DNA of 64,000 nt from Octopus vulgaris (taxonomy: Eukaryota), in NCBI GenBank assembly GCA_951406725.2, contig OX597816.1, forward strand, positions 155,186,001-155,250,000, read 5' to 3'. This document shows, in pieces, positions 12,401 to 26,581 of this stretch. Numbering within the stretch: position 1 is the stretch's first letter; each line of letters starts with the position of its first letter. The notes under the pieces are model-generated. The model saw only the letters and a list, made by a program, of their open reading frames with translations, ran no database searches and was not told the DNA's origin. A program made the translations under genes and the position numbers.

Positions 12401-13726
12401 AAGAGTTAAGAGGAGGTAATTAAATTTAGAATGTAGTAAGAGAGAATGCTGTTGATTGAAGTTAGTATGGTTGAATGTAATAATTTGACAATACTGTAAG
12501 GTAAATAGGCAGCTACTAAGGAATTACAATATTGAAGTATATAGCAGAATATTTTATTTAAAGATAAGTATTATTAGAAAACAGTGTGTAGCTTGTTATG
12601 GGGAACAGAAATAAAGATAAAGTTGATACAAATTTGTAAAAATATAAAGTAAAAACATATAACGGGATACAACTGGACATCAAGGATATTTCAAGGGTCT
12701 CACGTAACTCAAGAACCTTGAGTTTTGTAACTTCTGCGAACTAAAAATAAATAGAAAATATTTATTCTTTTGAGTTTAGTCATTTCTATACGTCTTAGAG
12801 AAATCATAGAAATGAACATGCGTTATAGTATGGTACTGGTACACTGTCCAAAATTCCAAAGCATGGAGCTGGCAGCTTTGTTTTGATATCTTTTCAAATA
12901 TCTGGACTGTGCCGGACACTATGCCACAGTCTTCTAAGAGCTGAGATCACATTGCCATTTAATAAAGTGAGTTAATTCTTCCTAATTCATAACATTTTTA
13001 ATATCAAGGGAACTTAGCTTCATTTGTCTTTGTCAAATAATATTTTTGCTAAATCGTCTCAGATTGGAGTAGAATCCAGAAATATATGAAATGCCGTATG
13101 CAATATAATTACGATTATTTGCACAAGATGAGTGGAGCATTCAGGCCTGCGTCAATTGATGCGCTAAGTCTCCTAACAACTTTGGGCTCACTATCGGCAT
13201 AGCAAAAACAAAGGCACTGCATTAATCTATCGCGGTATGTGTAAGGTATGCATCTTTTGGAAGATGTAAGCTGAACTGAGGTGGTAAATTAGGAGAGAAT
13301 CAGACTTTTAAAATTCCTTGCAGGCTTTAAGCTTACCACCCCAAAGACAGCTGGTAAAAAAGAGAAGAAATATATAATTTTAGATAATGTTGGTTCCCTA
13401 ATTCAGATCATGGGATGACGAAAGAATACAATCATCATTATCATAATCATCGTCAACGTTAACCTCTAATCACCATGACCTTTACCACCCCGATCGCTCT
13501 TCCTCATCCACCCAGAACAAGAAAAACATTTTCTCTATCATTAGCAAAAGAACTATCTCCAACACATGTTGCAATGACCGTTCCTCCTCCTCCTCCTCCT
13601 CACCTCTTTCACCCCTTCTCCCCTCCCTTCACCTCATCTTCCACTTTCTTCCCAAGCACATCATCATCAGTGACAGAAGCAGCAGTGAAACAGTACCAAC
13701 GTAAAGAACAGAAGCAACATCTTCCA

Positions 13727-13736
13727 ACACACACAC

Positions 13737-13824
<88 letters not shown>

Positions 13825-14520
13825 GAGAAACAGAAATAAAAAGACCTCGAAGAATGTCATCTTTCTTTGATATTTAATTGGCAAAAATCTGAGGAAACAT
13901 TATTCTGATCATCGTTATTAGCATCGTCGCCAATATCATCAGCAGTTTTCTTACAATCATTATCAACATCACAATCATCATTATCATCATCGCGAATAGC
14001 AATGTCATCGTCATTATTATCACCTCTAACACCATCGACAACGTTATCATCATCATTATCGTCATCACCATCGATTAAAACCATCATATAATCTTTATCG
14101 TCGACACCAACACAGTCGTTATTAGCATCATTATCAACATCATCAAAACCATAATTATCATCTCATGAAAAAACATCGTCCTTATACTATCACTCCTAAT
14201 ACCATTGCCACCACCACCACCACCACCACCACTACCACCACTACCACCATCATCATCATCATCATCATCACCAAAGCCATCATACCATCCTCGTCACTGT
14301 CATCAACATCAGCCACCACCTTGTCCTTTCCAGCAGACCCAACAGCATTACCTTCATGATAATGATGATGCTGATGATGATGATGAAGATGACCATCATC
14401 ATCATCATTATCATCATCAATATAATATCATCTTCAAGCTCATCATCATCTTATATTCACTACCGTCATTATCGCTGAAATCGTCGATATCATGATCACC
14501 ACCACCCACCACCCACCACC
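13727..14520. repeat. (CA)n followed by degenerate (CAT)n/(CAC)n tract
   Basis: Directly visible. Confidence 0.9.
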
Positions 14521-14744
14521 AGTCGTATTGATATTGTCCTCTAATTTACTCATTGATCAGATATGCCTTAATCATTTTAATTCCCTTGACTGCAATTAGA
14601 ACATATTGCCTAGCTTATATTTCGCAATCTGTCTCTACAATGTTTGCCATTAGAGTTATTGATGGATGTACCGCACCTTTTATTGTTCGACATTCTCTAT
14701 TTATGTGTGCATTCTCTATTTATGTAAACTCACGCGTTCGTTTT

Positions 14745-14890
14745 GTGTTTTACGTGTTTCAGTCATTAGACTGCGGCCATGCTGGAGAACCGCCTTAAAT
14801 GCTTTTCTTTTATGTCGAAGTAATCTACCTCAGGACTTATTCTTTGTAAGTTACAGGGATGTAAACACACCAGCATCAGGTGTCAAACAC
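14745..14890 (-). mobile_element. SINE family A, 3' fragment
   Basis: Reverse complement of the family A tail (GTTTCAGTCATTAGACTGCGGCCATGCTGG). Confidence 0.75.
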
Positions 14891-14929
14891 ATGCACCCCG
14901 CCCCACACTTATATAATTCAAATTTACAC

Positions 14930-15120
14930 AAGACGAATACAGGTATAGGAACAACAAGTAGGTGTATTAGTTTAACACTCGGAAAGAATGGAAAAGTATT
15001 TAATGTTTCGGGACTACGCTCTTTGACAGAAAGGATTAAGGGGGTGGGGAGAGAATGGGGAAAAAAAAACAGAGAGAAAATTTTTTTTACAGGGATTAAT
15101 GGTTCAACATGATGAAATAG
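14930..15120 (-). mobile_element. PLE pseudo-LTR-like repeat with a degenerate hammerhead motif
   Basis: Related copy at 18830-18995. Minus strand reads CTTT-CTGTCAA-AGAGCGTAGTCCC-GAAA-CATT. Confidence 0.5.
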
Positions 15121-15459
15121 CCAGAAGAAGGCTGAATGAAAGGGAGATAATTACGATGACCCGGCCGAACAAATTTATTCTCGCGCGCGTTTATGTGAGA
15201 ATGGTGTGCTTGTGTATGCATGTATGAATGGGGGTTAGTGTGTGAGTATGTATGCGTGAGCGAGCTGAAAAATATGTGGACTTGTGTGTGTGTGCGTGTG
15301 TGTAAGTGACTTACATGTACTGGTATGTATGAGTGCGGTTATCGTGTGTGTGTATGTATGTGTGCGGTTATCATGTGTGTGTGCAAACGCATTGGCATGG
15401 GTGTGTGTGTATGTGTACAAGTAACCTAGCATCTACAACACATTTTGTATAGTTTTGGC

Positions 15460-15680
15460 TTTCGAATGACGCCACGCCGCTGCTTAGGTGTGCAGGCCAA
15501 CATTCTCACTGATCTGAGGGCTAATCTGTCGCAGGGTTACCCATTTAGGGAGTAGTGGACGGGAGCAACGTGAAATGGAAATTTTTGCTCAAGAAACAAC
15601 ACACTGGTGGGTCTGGCATTCAATCCCTCGATCTGGAGATTGTAAGTGCAACACCCTAACCAGTAGGCCACGCTCCTTTG
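15460..15680 (-). mobile_element. tRNA-derived SINE, third family
   Basis: Minus-strand head GTGGCCTACTGGTTAGGGTGTT, followed by a CORE-like GTTTCTTGAGCAA. Confidence 0.65.
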
Positions 15681-16059
15681 CAGAGACCCTTCCCCCCACG
15701 CTCGCACACACACACACACTCACGCATACAGATGACCTGAGAATAACTTTGAAATGCATCCTGTTGTGATGACCTGGCACAGAGTTCCGTGGTTTTGAGG
15801 AGTGTTCAATTTCCGTTTAGCAACTATTGTTCCCAGGAAAGAGTCTCAGATATGAATTAATTAACATATGAACGTCCAATTATGAATCACTCCTATTCCT
15901 CGTTAGAAATTCCTCCTAGGAGAAGCTAAGCTCATACAAAATACCTGAAATGCAGTTGGTTTCTTGACTTTACCTATCTTGTGCCTCTAGAGTTATAGCT
16001 CTTTGTACTAAAAAGTGGATTCAATGTTGTACAACACTCAATACAAGTTCACATACAAC

Positions 16060-17203
16060 ATAGGTTGATCGAGACACTCGCATGAAATGTGATCAAACGA
16101 GGTTTATTTATCAACATATTCCCACTTGCAGCCCACATACAGCTCTTCCATCGGGGTTGCAGTGCTTGAGTCCATTGGTGAAGAAGTTTTCACTCCTGTT
16201 TATCAAAAACGTCATCACCGTTGCGATACTGGTTCTCAGTTTTTCATGCTGGGGAAGAGATGACAGTCGGATGGGGCCAAATCAGGAGAGTAGGGACAGT
16301 GATCAACCAGTTCAAACCCACAGTCACGCACAACAGTCATTGAAACTAAAGACTTGTTGGATTATTGTCCTGATGAAACAGAAACCCTTCCGTCAGTTTT
16401 TCTGGTTGTTTGGCTTTCATAGCCTTTCGTAACTACCTCAGCATGTTGGCAAAATACTCTCCATTGATGGTGCGACCGTATTGAAGGCAGGAAATGTGCA
16501 CAACCGAACTGAAGTCATCATCTTCTCTGCAAATGAAATGACTTTGGCATTCTTTAAATCAGCTGGGTTTGCCCCAGACAATTACATTTTCCCATGAGAT
16601 GCGCTTTTTATCAGGTATCAGGAGACGTAGCTCCCACCAAGGAGAGACCTTTGTCATGCCAATATCATTTTGCAGAATATTGTCGACTCTCTCAGGGGAT
16701 ATGCTAATAGCATTGGCTATTTGATTTATAGTCAGTTGCATATAATCCATCACCATGTGGTGAACAAGATCAATGTTTTCGTTGGTGGTGACAGATGTAA
16801 GCTGTCCAGATCTTAGGTCATCTTCAAGACTCTCCCTTCACCTCCTAAATTTAGCTGCCCATTTTTGCACTGTTGATAAAGCTGAAGCGTCATCCCTTAA
16901 TGTAGCGATCATGTGACCCCTTGATGCTACGAGCATGTGATTCCTTGATGTAGCGACCATGGGAGCATGAATGTACTTGGGGTCTAGATCCTTTTTCTGT
17001 ATGTTCTTGATAACGCCACAATGCCCAATTTTTTCCATTTTAAAGAGAAGTCACTATTAGATACTTTTGAAGTCTTCTCTGAATAGTCAGATGCCATTTT
17101 TACTGGAATGAAACAACAGATATTAATAAGGAGAGCTGAAATGAATGAAAGTAAGATTTCACAGCTTTAACATCACGCTTTCATAGTTCAGCCTACCCTT
17201 GCA
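16060..17203 (-). mobile_element. Mariner transposon relic, internally deleted
   Basis: MEKIGHCGVIK...VQKWAAKFRR, ESLEDD, MTKVSPWWELRLL (WVPRLL motif), FLFHQDN and ALQPRWKSC. Confidence 0.85.
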
Positions 17204-18467
17204 TGTGTCTCCATATCTGTGTTATGTTGTTATGTATACATGTATGCATGTACTCATGGATGTATGTATGTTTGTATGTTTGTATGCATGTATGTATGTA
17301 ACAACGTATGCATGTATGCTTGGATGTGTATGTATGCATGCATGTATGGATGTACTTACGTATGCATGTATGTTTGGATATGTATGTATGCAGGCATGCA
17401 TGTATGTATGTCTATACATGTATATACATATGTGTATGAATATGTATGTATGTATGTATGTATATATAGTTATATGTTTGTGTGTTTGTATGTGTAAGTG
17501 TACTATACTACAAAACGAGGCATTCAGCACAATTTATTTGAAAGTTATTAATATTTTGCATATTGTATCGTATTTGCAATCATATGGTTTTCAATAGTAG
17601 GAGTTTCAGCTTCTTCGAGAAAAAAAAAGAAAAAAACAAACATTATTTGATTAAGGGATGTTTGTTCCGCCTGCACAGAAGGGTCAATCAATATCTGAAA
17701 ATGTAATTTGCATTCCTTGGATTGTCAGCAATAAATTCATTTCAAAACTTCGCATTGCTACAATAATTTCTACCTCTTCTCTTCTGAAAAAATATTTGAT
17801 AAGCCAGCACCATACTACACTATAGATCTAACAAATAGTGGATCCAGAAACAAAATCACAAATAACCCAAGCAACACCCATTCATAACCTACAAATAGAA
17901 GTAGGGAAATAATGTAGTTTGCTACGTCTTACTCCTGAAATGTTCGGATGAATATAAGAAATATTTCATCACCTTAATATTGTAGATATAGATAATTCTG
18001 TAATAGACGTTCCTTGAAGGTGAGGCATAATTTCATTCTTAGAATGTAAACAAATTTTCTCATGCAAATCACTGAAGAAGACTAAGTCCCAGTGCATTTG
18101 TAGGGATCCCGAATCATGCTTACTACAACAAACAAGCAATGTGAAGTCAGTAACTTACGAAGAAGTCACCGCAAGTACGCTAATTTAAATCCTTCATTAA
18201 CAATCACATTGGAGTATACGCGTGGCTTCAAATAATATTTTACCATATCTATTCATTATTCAAGCATATTGACAAAATAAATACCTGAAAAGTAGCTTTC
18301 CGGAATTTATCACTTTCTTCTTAAAATACAGGTGGATATGTGCTGTTGATAAGGTTAAAAATATAAATAGTACATGCGTATAAGTGAAAATATAAATGTG
18401 TGTGCGTGTCTGTGCTCACGCCTATAATCTTGTATGTATGTATGTATGCATGTATGTATATATGTAT

Positions 18468-18598
18468 ATGTATGTATGCATAATGTCATAGTTCAGTTTT
18501 GTTTCAAGATCTCTTGCTAATAGAGAAATGTATGTATGCATAATGTCATAGTTCAGTATTGTTTCAAGATCTCTTGCTAATAGAGAAATGTATGTATG
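18468..18598. repeat. 60-bp tandem duplication
   Basis: Lines 18481 and 18541 are nearly identical, with one internal substitution. Confidence 0.95.
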
Positions 18599-18647
<49 letters not shown>

Positions 18648-18829
18648 GATATATATATATATGTGTGTGAGAGTAGTGTGTGTGTGTGTATGTGCATGAT
18701 AACTTCTGGGTGTCATGGCTGTCATTTGAATGATTTAATCGTGGATGAACGAAGCGACCCGACAATATCCGGACTGGTGTCAGGATGTGAAACTGATAGC
18801 TATTGCCTTTCCATCTTATAACTCTTATG

Positions 18830-18995
18830 TGTTTAGAATCCTACGAAGACAAGCGTATGGACTACAAACAGGTGTATTAGTTTGGCGCTCGGGAAAGTGA
18901 AACAGTCTTTTATGTTTCGAGATTACGCTCTTCAGCAGAAAGGAATGAGAAAATAAACAGGGAGAGAATTGAAAAAAACTTGTGGATTTAGCGGT
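18830..18995 (-). mobile_element. PLE pseudo-LTR-like repeat with a degenerate hammerhead motif
   Basis: Minus strand reads CTTT-CTGCTGA-AGAGCGTAATCTC-GAAA-CATA-AAAG. Confidence 0.5.
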
Positions 18996-19016
18996 CAAGC
19001 ATACACACACACACAC

Positions 19017-19480
<464 letters not shown>

Positions 19481-19498
19481 CTTTATATATATATATAT

Positions 19499-19589
<91 letters not shown>

Positions 19590-19614
19590 TGTGTGTGTTT
19601 GTGTGTGTGTACTC

Positions 19615-19865
19615 TTTTAAAATATGAAAATGGGGATTGGGAAGTTAAAAATTGTTTATTATTAATAGCAAATTGGTCATCTTCATTTAGATGTGTTTGC
19701 GAATTCCTTTTATTCTGCTAAAATCAATTATGTGCTCATGTCACATAATGTAAATTCAATGTTTATTGAGTATTAATAGAAACGGCTGTAAGTAAAGATG
19801 ACAAATTTGCTATTAATAATAAACAATCATTAACTTAACAATCTCCATTTTCTTCTTCTTTTAAA
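19615..19865. repeat. Imperfect fold-back element with about 60-bp arms
   Basis: 19627-19683 is the approximate reverse complement of 19795-19851. GAAACGGCTGTA sits just before the right arm. Confidence 0.75.
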
Positions 19866-20024
19866 GGAATATAAACTATGTTTTTATATATGCTTATTAT
19901 TTTAAGGAAATTCATTTCCTATAATTACCAGGTATTGAGGGATCGAACCAGTATGTCCTTGCATGAAACCATTCCTTGCATGAAACCATGTGGGGTTAAC
20001 ACAAACTCTAATTGAATATATATA

Positions 20025-20512
20025 TATATGTCTATTTTCAGCATATTTGGCATTGGAACCTTTTTCTTTTGTCCTTGTTTATAAGTTGTTTATAAATTTA
20101 ACCTTCAAAGGTATTTTTTAATATGCTGGCCATTGATAAAATTTTTTTCGAAAAATTTTATCCTATATTAGATGTAGATTTAATAGTGTTCCCTTCCGGA
20201 CGCTCTCACTCTATGAGAGTTTTCAGTCCGATCGCACGTGTCTCGGGGTGTGCTGGAGAATTTCTATTTTGGATATATTTGGGGTACTTAATTGTGCTCA
20301 AGAATTAGTGTTTGCTTCCATGGGTATAAGTAAGTATTTCATTAACTCTGAAATCGGGGCCGATATGATAATAACGGAATTTTTAGAAATTTCTGTCGGC
20401 TTGGTTCGAGACGCGTGCTTATAGTGATGAATTATATGGTTATTGATGATTTGTCTATTTTCGGCATATTTGTCATTGGAATTTTTTTCTTTTGCCCTTG
20501 TTTATAAGTTGT
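20025..20512 (+). mobile_element. Non-autonomous repeat with a terminal direct repeat (PLE pLTR-like)
   Basis: 20029-20089 is repeated at 20452-20512. An inverted homologue lies at 60135-60360. Confidence 0.6.
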
Positions 20513-20531
20513 ATATATATATATATATATA

Positions 20532-20749
20532 TCTGTAAATGTAATATGTGACAATTATTCGGTAGCCATGATAAAACTCGGAAAAATGCTCCAATGGCTG
20601 GATAACTGAAGAGATGGCGACGTGAATTTCCACCCCGGCATCTGAAACTCGGAGTTTTATCATGGCTACCGAATAATTGTCACATATTACACATAAATTC
20701 CTCTATTTACATAATATCGAGGTCTCTTTCATTCTTTTGTTGTCTTACC

Positions 20750-20755
<6 letters not shown>
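20532..20755 (+). mobile_element. Fold-back PLE-like short element with a hammerhead (family C)
   Basis: Perfect 39-bp arms at 20541-20579 and 20652-20690. Homologues at 26582-26760 and 54820-55004. Confidence 0.8.
20601..20661 (+). ncRNA. Type I hammerhead ribozyme candidate
   Basis: GAUAA-CUGAAGA-GAUG...CAUC-U-GAAA-CUC G GAG-UU-UUAUC, with stem I GAUAA/UUAUC. Confidence 0.7.
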
Positions 20756-20833
<78 letters not shown>

Positions 20834-21659
20834 GAAACCAATGAAAATTTGAAAAGTCCAAAATACACAAAAATCTCAAGATCTGATAAAATCATACATA
20901 TATTTATCAAAGACTATCTACGTTCTGAAGAAAGATGTAATTTCTTCAAAAGCTTGATAGCCTTTGATGTATGTTTGTTAATCTATGAGATATTAAGATT
21001 TTCGTATGTTGGATTTTCTAGCTTTGATTTTGAGAGAAAATGCCAACGTAACGATTTATTTGAATCATTCATATCTTGTATGTTGTGAGTTTTGTTGTAA
21101 GGATTTGTACTAGATAAGGCTGTTACTTGAAGTTGTTTTGTAAAACGTTAGGTGCTATGGCTCATATTAATTCGCCGATGTTACTAATGAATTTATTTAA
21201 TAATGATGTGAATGTTCATTCTTAACACCTTCTATGTTATGCTGTGGAGTAGAATATATAGCCTCACGATGTTGAATTTTGTCTCCAGAGTAACGTTACT
21301 GGAATGTGCTCGTAGCTCGGAGATCAGGGAGTTTCCTGGGTTAGATGATGTGTGTAATCAACACGTTCTAGAGACGTCAGTGAGCCCTCAGACACCGGTT
21401 TTTTGGTATGATTGTGTGTCGTCATTAAGGGACAACGATTGGAGATCTAAAGCTCGACAAGAACACTTAGTCCTGTTTACGAAATTCACCAGGCAAAACA
21501 TTTGGGGTACCTTGTTGAATCGATCCCCTGTAAAGACATTGGAGTCTAAGTTTTAATCTTCTCAGCTATACTACGTGTCTTCTATACTGAGAAATTCTGC
21601 ACCTCACCTGTGGACAATATACCTTCTGCTCGGCCAGCGTTACATATAGATAACACTCA

Positions 21660-21775
21660 TGGACAAAAAATTCTTGGGCACATATAAAAAGAATACCTCT
21701 ACATGGAACTCTTTCTACAGAAAACAAACGACTTCATTACAAGAATGAGATGGAGATCCCTATACTATGACCTCT
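21660..21775 (+). pseudogene. Penelope-like ORF N-terminal fragment
   Basis: LFLQKTNDFITRMRWRSLYYD matches the PLE N-terminal F..RMRW motif. Confidence 0.6.
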
Positions 21776-22122
21776 AATCTAATAGTTCCCTCTCTATCAA
21801 TGAAAAAGGGATTTGTATCACCTTTCTTCCACCACTTTAATTTTCTCTATCGTTTGTACTCGCTGTAAGTTGAACCCATTAATATAAATATCTTTATATT
21901 TATCATCCGAAAGCCTCCGTCTTTTGCTTTCTCTTGTTTTGCGTGTATACATAAATACCTGTTTTGTATTTCTCATCCAAATTGGTTTATTTAATATATT
22001 TAATATATTTAATGTGTCTAATTTGTTTATTCGCATAAATGTCTGTCTGTGTGTCAGTCTGTCTGTTTGCCTGTCTGTGTGTCTGTCTGATGCCTGTCTC
22101 TCTCTGTCTCTCTCTCTCTGTC

Positions 22123-22242
<120 letters not shown>

Positions 22243-22269
22243 CGTGCGTGTGCGTGTGTATGTGAATAA

Positions 22270-23010
22270 AAGTATAGTATAAAATATGAATTCAGAGAAT
22301 CGTGCAGCTATCACTGTAAGCACGTCATATTAGAGTGAGACCCCGTTGGGATTCGTGCTTCCAGCGGAACCCTGCTCCCTTTAGCTTCTCTCGTCAGATC
22401 AGATTCAGAGTGCTGTGCTCAAGAACACTCAACATTATGACACGGTGAGCAATCCTGAGCTGGATGTTTCCAAGAAGACTACTCTTAGCCACACGTTTTC
22501 AAGGTTGTCTTCAGCGTGTCTTTGAATTTATTCTCTGGGCCATCGCGTGACCGAGAGCCTACTGTTAGTTTTCAGAAAAGATCTGTTTTAGGAGTTTGGA
22601 TTTGAGTATACGCACTGCTGCCACTACACAGCAGCTGGAATTTGATCCGGAAAGCATACATGCTTAGGGTACTTGCTCTCTCAAGCACAGTTATATATGG
22701 AATTTTAGCCCGCCAACAGATGTTAAAATCTTTTCGCAGCCATGTTTATTGAAAGTGGTTAAGCTTTTTGGTATGTCTTTTGTAATTTGTCCAGGATTCA
22801 CAAATATGAAGTAGTGTAACCACCACGATAACTTTGTGTATGTCAAGTTTTGTGGTAATATGAAAAATATAGCTACACTACATATGTTTTGCATTCTTAC
22901 TGTAGACCATATCATATTGAACGCTCCTCTAACAAGTACTCTATGTATACACCCCATCGCCATAAAAACCATTGTCATTTGTACACGATAACCTTCCTTG
23001 TGCACTGCAC
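22270..23010 (-). mobile_element. RTE/BovB-like LINE 3' relic
   Basis: TKLDIHKVIVVVTLLHICESWTNYKRHTKKLNHF...WRAKIPYITVLERA. Confidence 0.8.
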
Positions 23011-23317
23011 TAAATGTTTCTTCTTACTATATAAGACAGACACCTCGGAATCAGAGACGAGATTAATTAAATAATTCCACTTCAGTGAAAATAAAATGTT
23101 TTCCTTATAACAAAATGAAATTTATTGATTTTAAATGAGATGTCGAAATTCCTAGGTGTCTAATATGTCAACAAAGGAAAGCTGTTTAATCTGAACCGTT
23201 GTAAATTTGAATCGATAACATTATAACTTCAGTTCATGATTTGTAATAAATAAATGTTTGTATCTTTGTGAGTTACATAAAGTTCTAAACAATATCATGT
23301 CAATATTAAGTTGAAAA

Positions 23318-23530
23318 GGCGGCGAGCTGGCAGAAACGGTAACACTCAAGGCAAAATGCTTAGCAGTATTTCGTCTGTCTTTACGTTCTGAATTGAAATT
23401 CCGCTGTGGTCTTCTTTGCCTTTCATCCTTTCGGGGTCGATATATTAAGTACCAGATGCATGCTGAGGTCGATCTAATCGACTGTCCCTCTCCACCAAAA
23501 TGTTGAGCCTTGTGCCTAGAGTAGAAAAGA
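23318..23530 (+). mobile_element. SINE family B with about 15-bp TSD
   Basis: Homologous to 7829-8043. Flanks are ATATTAAGTTGAAAA and ATGTTAGGTTGAAAA. Confidence 0.85.
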
Positions 23531-23642
23531 ATGTTAGGTTGAAAATACTCTTTTGGAGAGAAAAGTTCAAAGGATGTCTGTAGAACTCGAACATACAACT
23601 GTAGACATAGCAGGCGTTCTTCCATTGAACTAAAACAATACT

Positions 23643-23714
<72 letters not shown>

Positions 23715-23776
23715 GGCATGCATATTAACGTATAGATGTAAATGGATAGAAAAAATTGAAGGATTGTTTTAGTTCA

Positions 23777-23865
<89 letters not shown>

Positions 23866-23921
23866 TATAAAACTACATCCAAGTGTTAAAATTCGTTCTC
23901 ATGCATACATACATACATATA

Positions 23922-24311
23922 AGGGTAGATGTGGCAGTGTGATAAGAAGTTTGCTTCTTAACCACATAGTTCCAGGTTGAATCCCACGTATCTTTTACTG
24001 TAGCCTCAGGCTGACCCAAGCCATGTGAGTGGATTTGGTAGACGGAAACTGAAAGAAGCCCACCGTATATATATATATATATATATATATTTTTATGTGT
24101 TTAAGTCTTTGTATATGTGTTTGTCCCCACCGCCATCGCTTGACAACTGAGGTTGCTGTGTTTACGCCCCCGTACCTTACCAAAAAACTGATAGAATAAA
24201 CACTAATTAATCTTTTTAAGTCCTGGGGTTGATTGCCTCGACTAAAGACCTTTTAAGACGGTGCTCCAGCAAGGCTGTTGTCAAAAAGACTGAAACAATT
24301 AAAAGAATAAA
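23922..24311 (+). mobile_element. SINE family A, diverged
   Basis: Homologous to 58350-58783 with internal deletions. Confidence 0.8.
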
Positions 24312-24313
24312 GG

Positions 24314-24346
<33 letters not shown>

Positions 24347-24385
24347 CATACATACACACACACACACACATACACACACACACAT

Positions 24386-24431
<46 letters not shown>

Positions 24432-26462
24432 GCATACAGTCACACGCACTCACACATATATATATATATATATATATACACACAAACACACATCCCCATA
24501 AATAAAGAGACTTTCGATGCCGCTGCCCTTCACAGTTCTAGCGACGCGGTTTTGGGTTGTTGCGCTCATACACACATGTCAGCTGCATGCTAGGGAGAGA
24601 GACCACTGTCGTTCCCGCAGTGGCCACCTTTTCTGCTGGTGGAAGGTAGTATTTCTTTTGGACTCCGCGTGTGTAGTGCTTAAAAACGTGTTTATATTCT
24701 TTAATGTGTAGAATCAGATGATAATCCTGCTTCCATCTACAGTGTTGCTGCCAAGATTTGAAAAATAGGGCAGATTTCCCCCCTTATTTTTTGATTTAGG
24801 GGGAATTATTGAAAAACAAGGGGTGTTCAGCGAACTAATTAAACACCCTACACGGAAGTAGATAAAACGCGAACCAATAACGTTTTAGTATAAATTTTCT
24901 TTTTATATGTTTGTTTTCTTTTACACAATGTTAAAACAACGGCTAATCATTTTCTGAAACAGCACACCAACTAATTTTATCTACGAACCGCCACTGACTA
25001 CACCAGTAGAAAAGTGTTGTGCTTCACACTCCAATTATCTTTAAATGTAAAAACTTGTGTGGGTAAAATTTTTTGTTAGCATAGTGGATAGGCACATTCT
25101 CCATACCGATAGATTCAGTAAAATATTTAATAGACACACTTCAAGAATTTCTTTTTGTTGTGCACCGAGTATAATGTAAATACAAGCAAATAGGTCCACA
25201 CTTAAAACAGAAGCAGGATGCTCTTGCAGAGGCAACACCACAAATCATCGTAATTGCTAATACAAAGTATATGAAACAGGGAAGACCTGAAGCAACTCTA
25301 ATAGGCAGTTAGTCGTGAGGATGTATGTGAGAGGGATAGAAGATTTCAACAGAAGGAATCTTGCAAAATGAATTAATAAACATAGATAATTATTGTTTGC
25401 ATTTGCAGTCGAAGAATCAAAGAACCGTTATGTTTTCTTCTGGATGTTATAAATATCATATTTTTGGAAGCGAAAAAAAAAATACCTTAAATGTTTATAT
25501 ATTTTATTTCAGAACATATCAAATGATCCCATAAAGGTTGTTGTGATTTTGAAATCTCATATTGGTGTCCCGTGAAATAGATGCCCGTTTGCTTATGTTA
25601 ACCTTTTCAGGTATCACGTTACATACAAAGATGAGTGACAACTGAAATTTATTTAATTATCATTATGATAGAAACATATTAAGTGTCATTATGAATGCAT
25701 ACATGCAACTAATCATACTCTCGAAAATCTAGTTATATAAATGTAGTTTAATCTAATAACCAATTGAACAGAGAACAAGTCAACAGAGAACAATTGATTC
25801 AGATATTTAATATCTTATGTTGGTGTACTTGTTACCATGCTGACTAGAATACATAACAAAACTTTTCATACCTTCCAGTCAGAACGATAACATTTCAGAC
25901 ACATTCGTAGGTATTCCTAAATCTATATAACATTTTGGACATAATTACTGAAATTCCAACGGGTAAATTCAAATTTTAATATACCTGTCTTACCATCTTT
26001 CCACAATCAGTACCCACACTTGCATGTAACGCTTTGTCTAGACATCTCATATAATACTGTCAGAAATTTGTTGCTGTGGTATAATGAAACATGAGGTCTA
26101 GAAAGGGAAAAGGACTACAGCTTCACAATGGAACATGAAACTGAAGTTGTTATTTGTAGTACGAATGTAAGTACGCATGTACGAATGTATGTATGTACAT
26201 AAATATGCAAATACATATACTTACATAACCTGACGAGGGTTATGTAAGTCGATGAAACTTTAAGATGCATTAGCCGAATTAAACTGTTTTAAAGAACAAC
26301 AACAGCAATTATAATTATATATATATGTATACCATTCTGCCTAAATAATGGAACTACAGATACAATATCCCTGCATATCTCACGTCTATTTTCATTCCTA
26401 CACTTCACTCTCTATTTCATATCTTATCTAGAATAACTATTGTTTAACTATTTCCTCACACC

Positions 26463-26511
26463 GCTTCCGATGAAGGGATACATAAAATACTCCGGAAACA
26501 GCTGTAAGACC
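26463..26511 (+). ncRNA. Hammerhead-like motif (CCGAUGA core, GAAA-CAGCUG-UA)
   Basis: Palindromic stem III ACAGCUGU. A related motif lies on the minus strand at 28924-28995. Confidence 0.5.
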
Positions 26512-26581
26512 TATTTATAATTGTTCTGAAATCTTTCACAGCCTTGGATTTTTACTTCATTCTGTTAATTTATATATATAT

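Noticed and set aside
13475-14495. Pro/Thr/Asp/His-rich ORFs
   Set aside because: They are products of trinucleotide and CA repeats.
24600-24646. Two adjacent GC-rich hairpins
   Set aside because: The stems are short and have no family or structural context I can support.
26225-26270. Additional hammerhead-like matches (also about 2464-2500, 8375-8410, 20925-20960, 41725-41805, 50645-50685 and 56975-57025)
   Set aside because: One core box is mutated or the stems cannot be paired by eye. They may be decayed copies but are not supportable individually.
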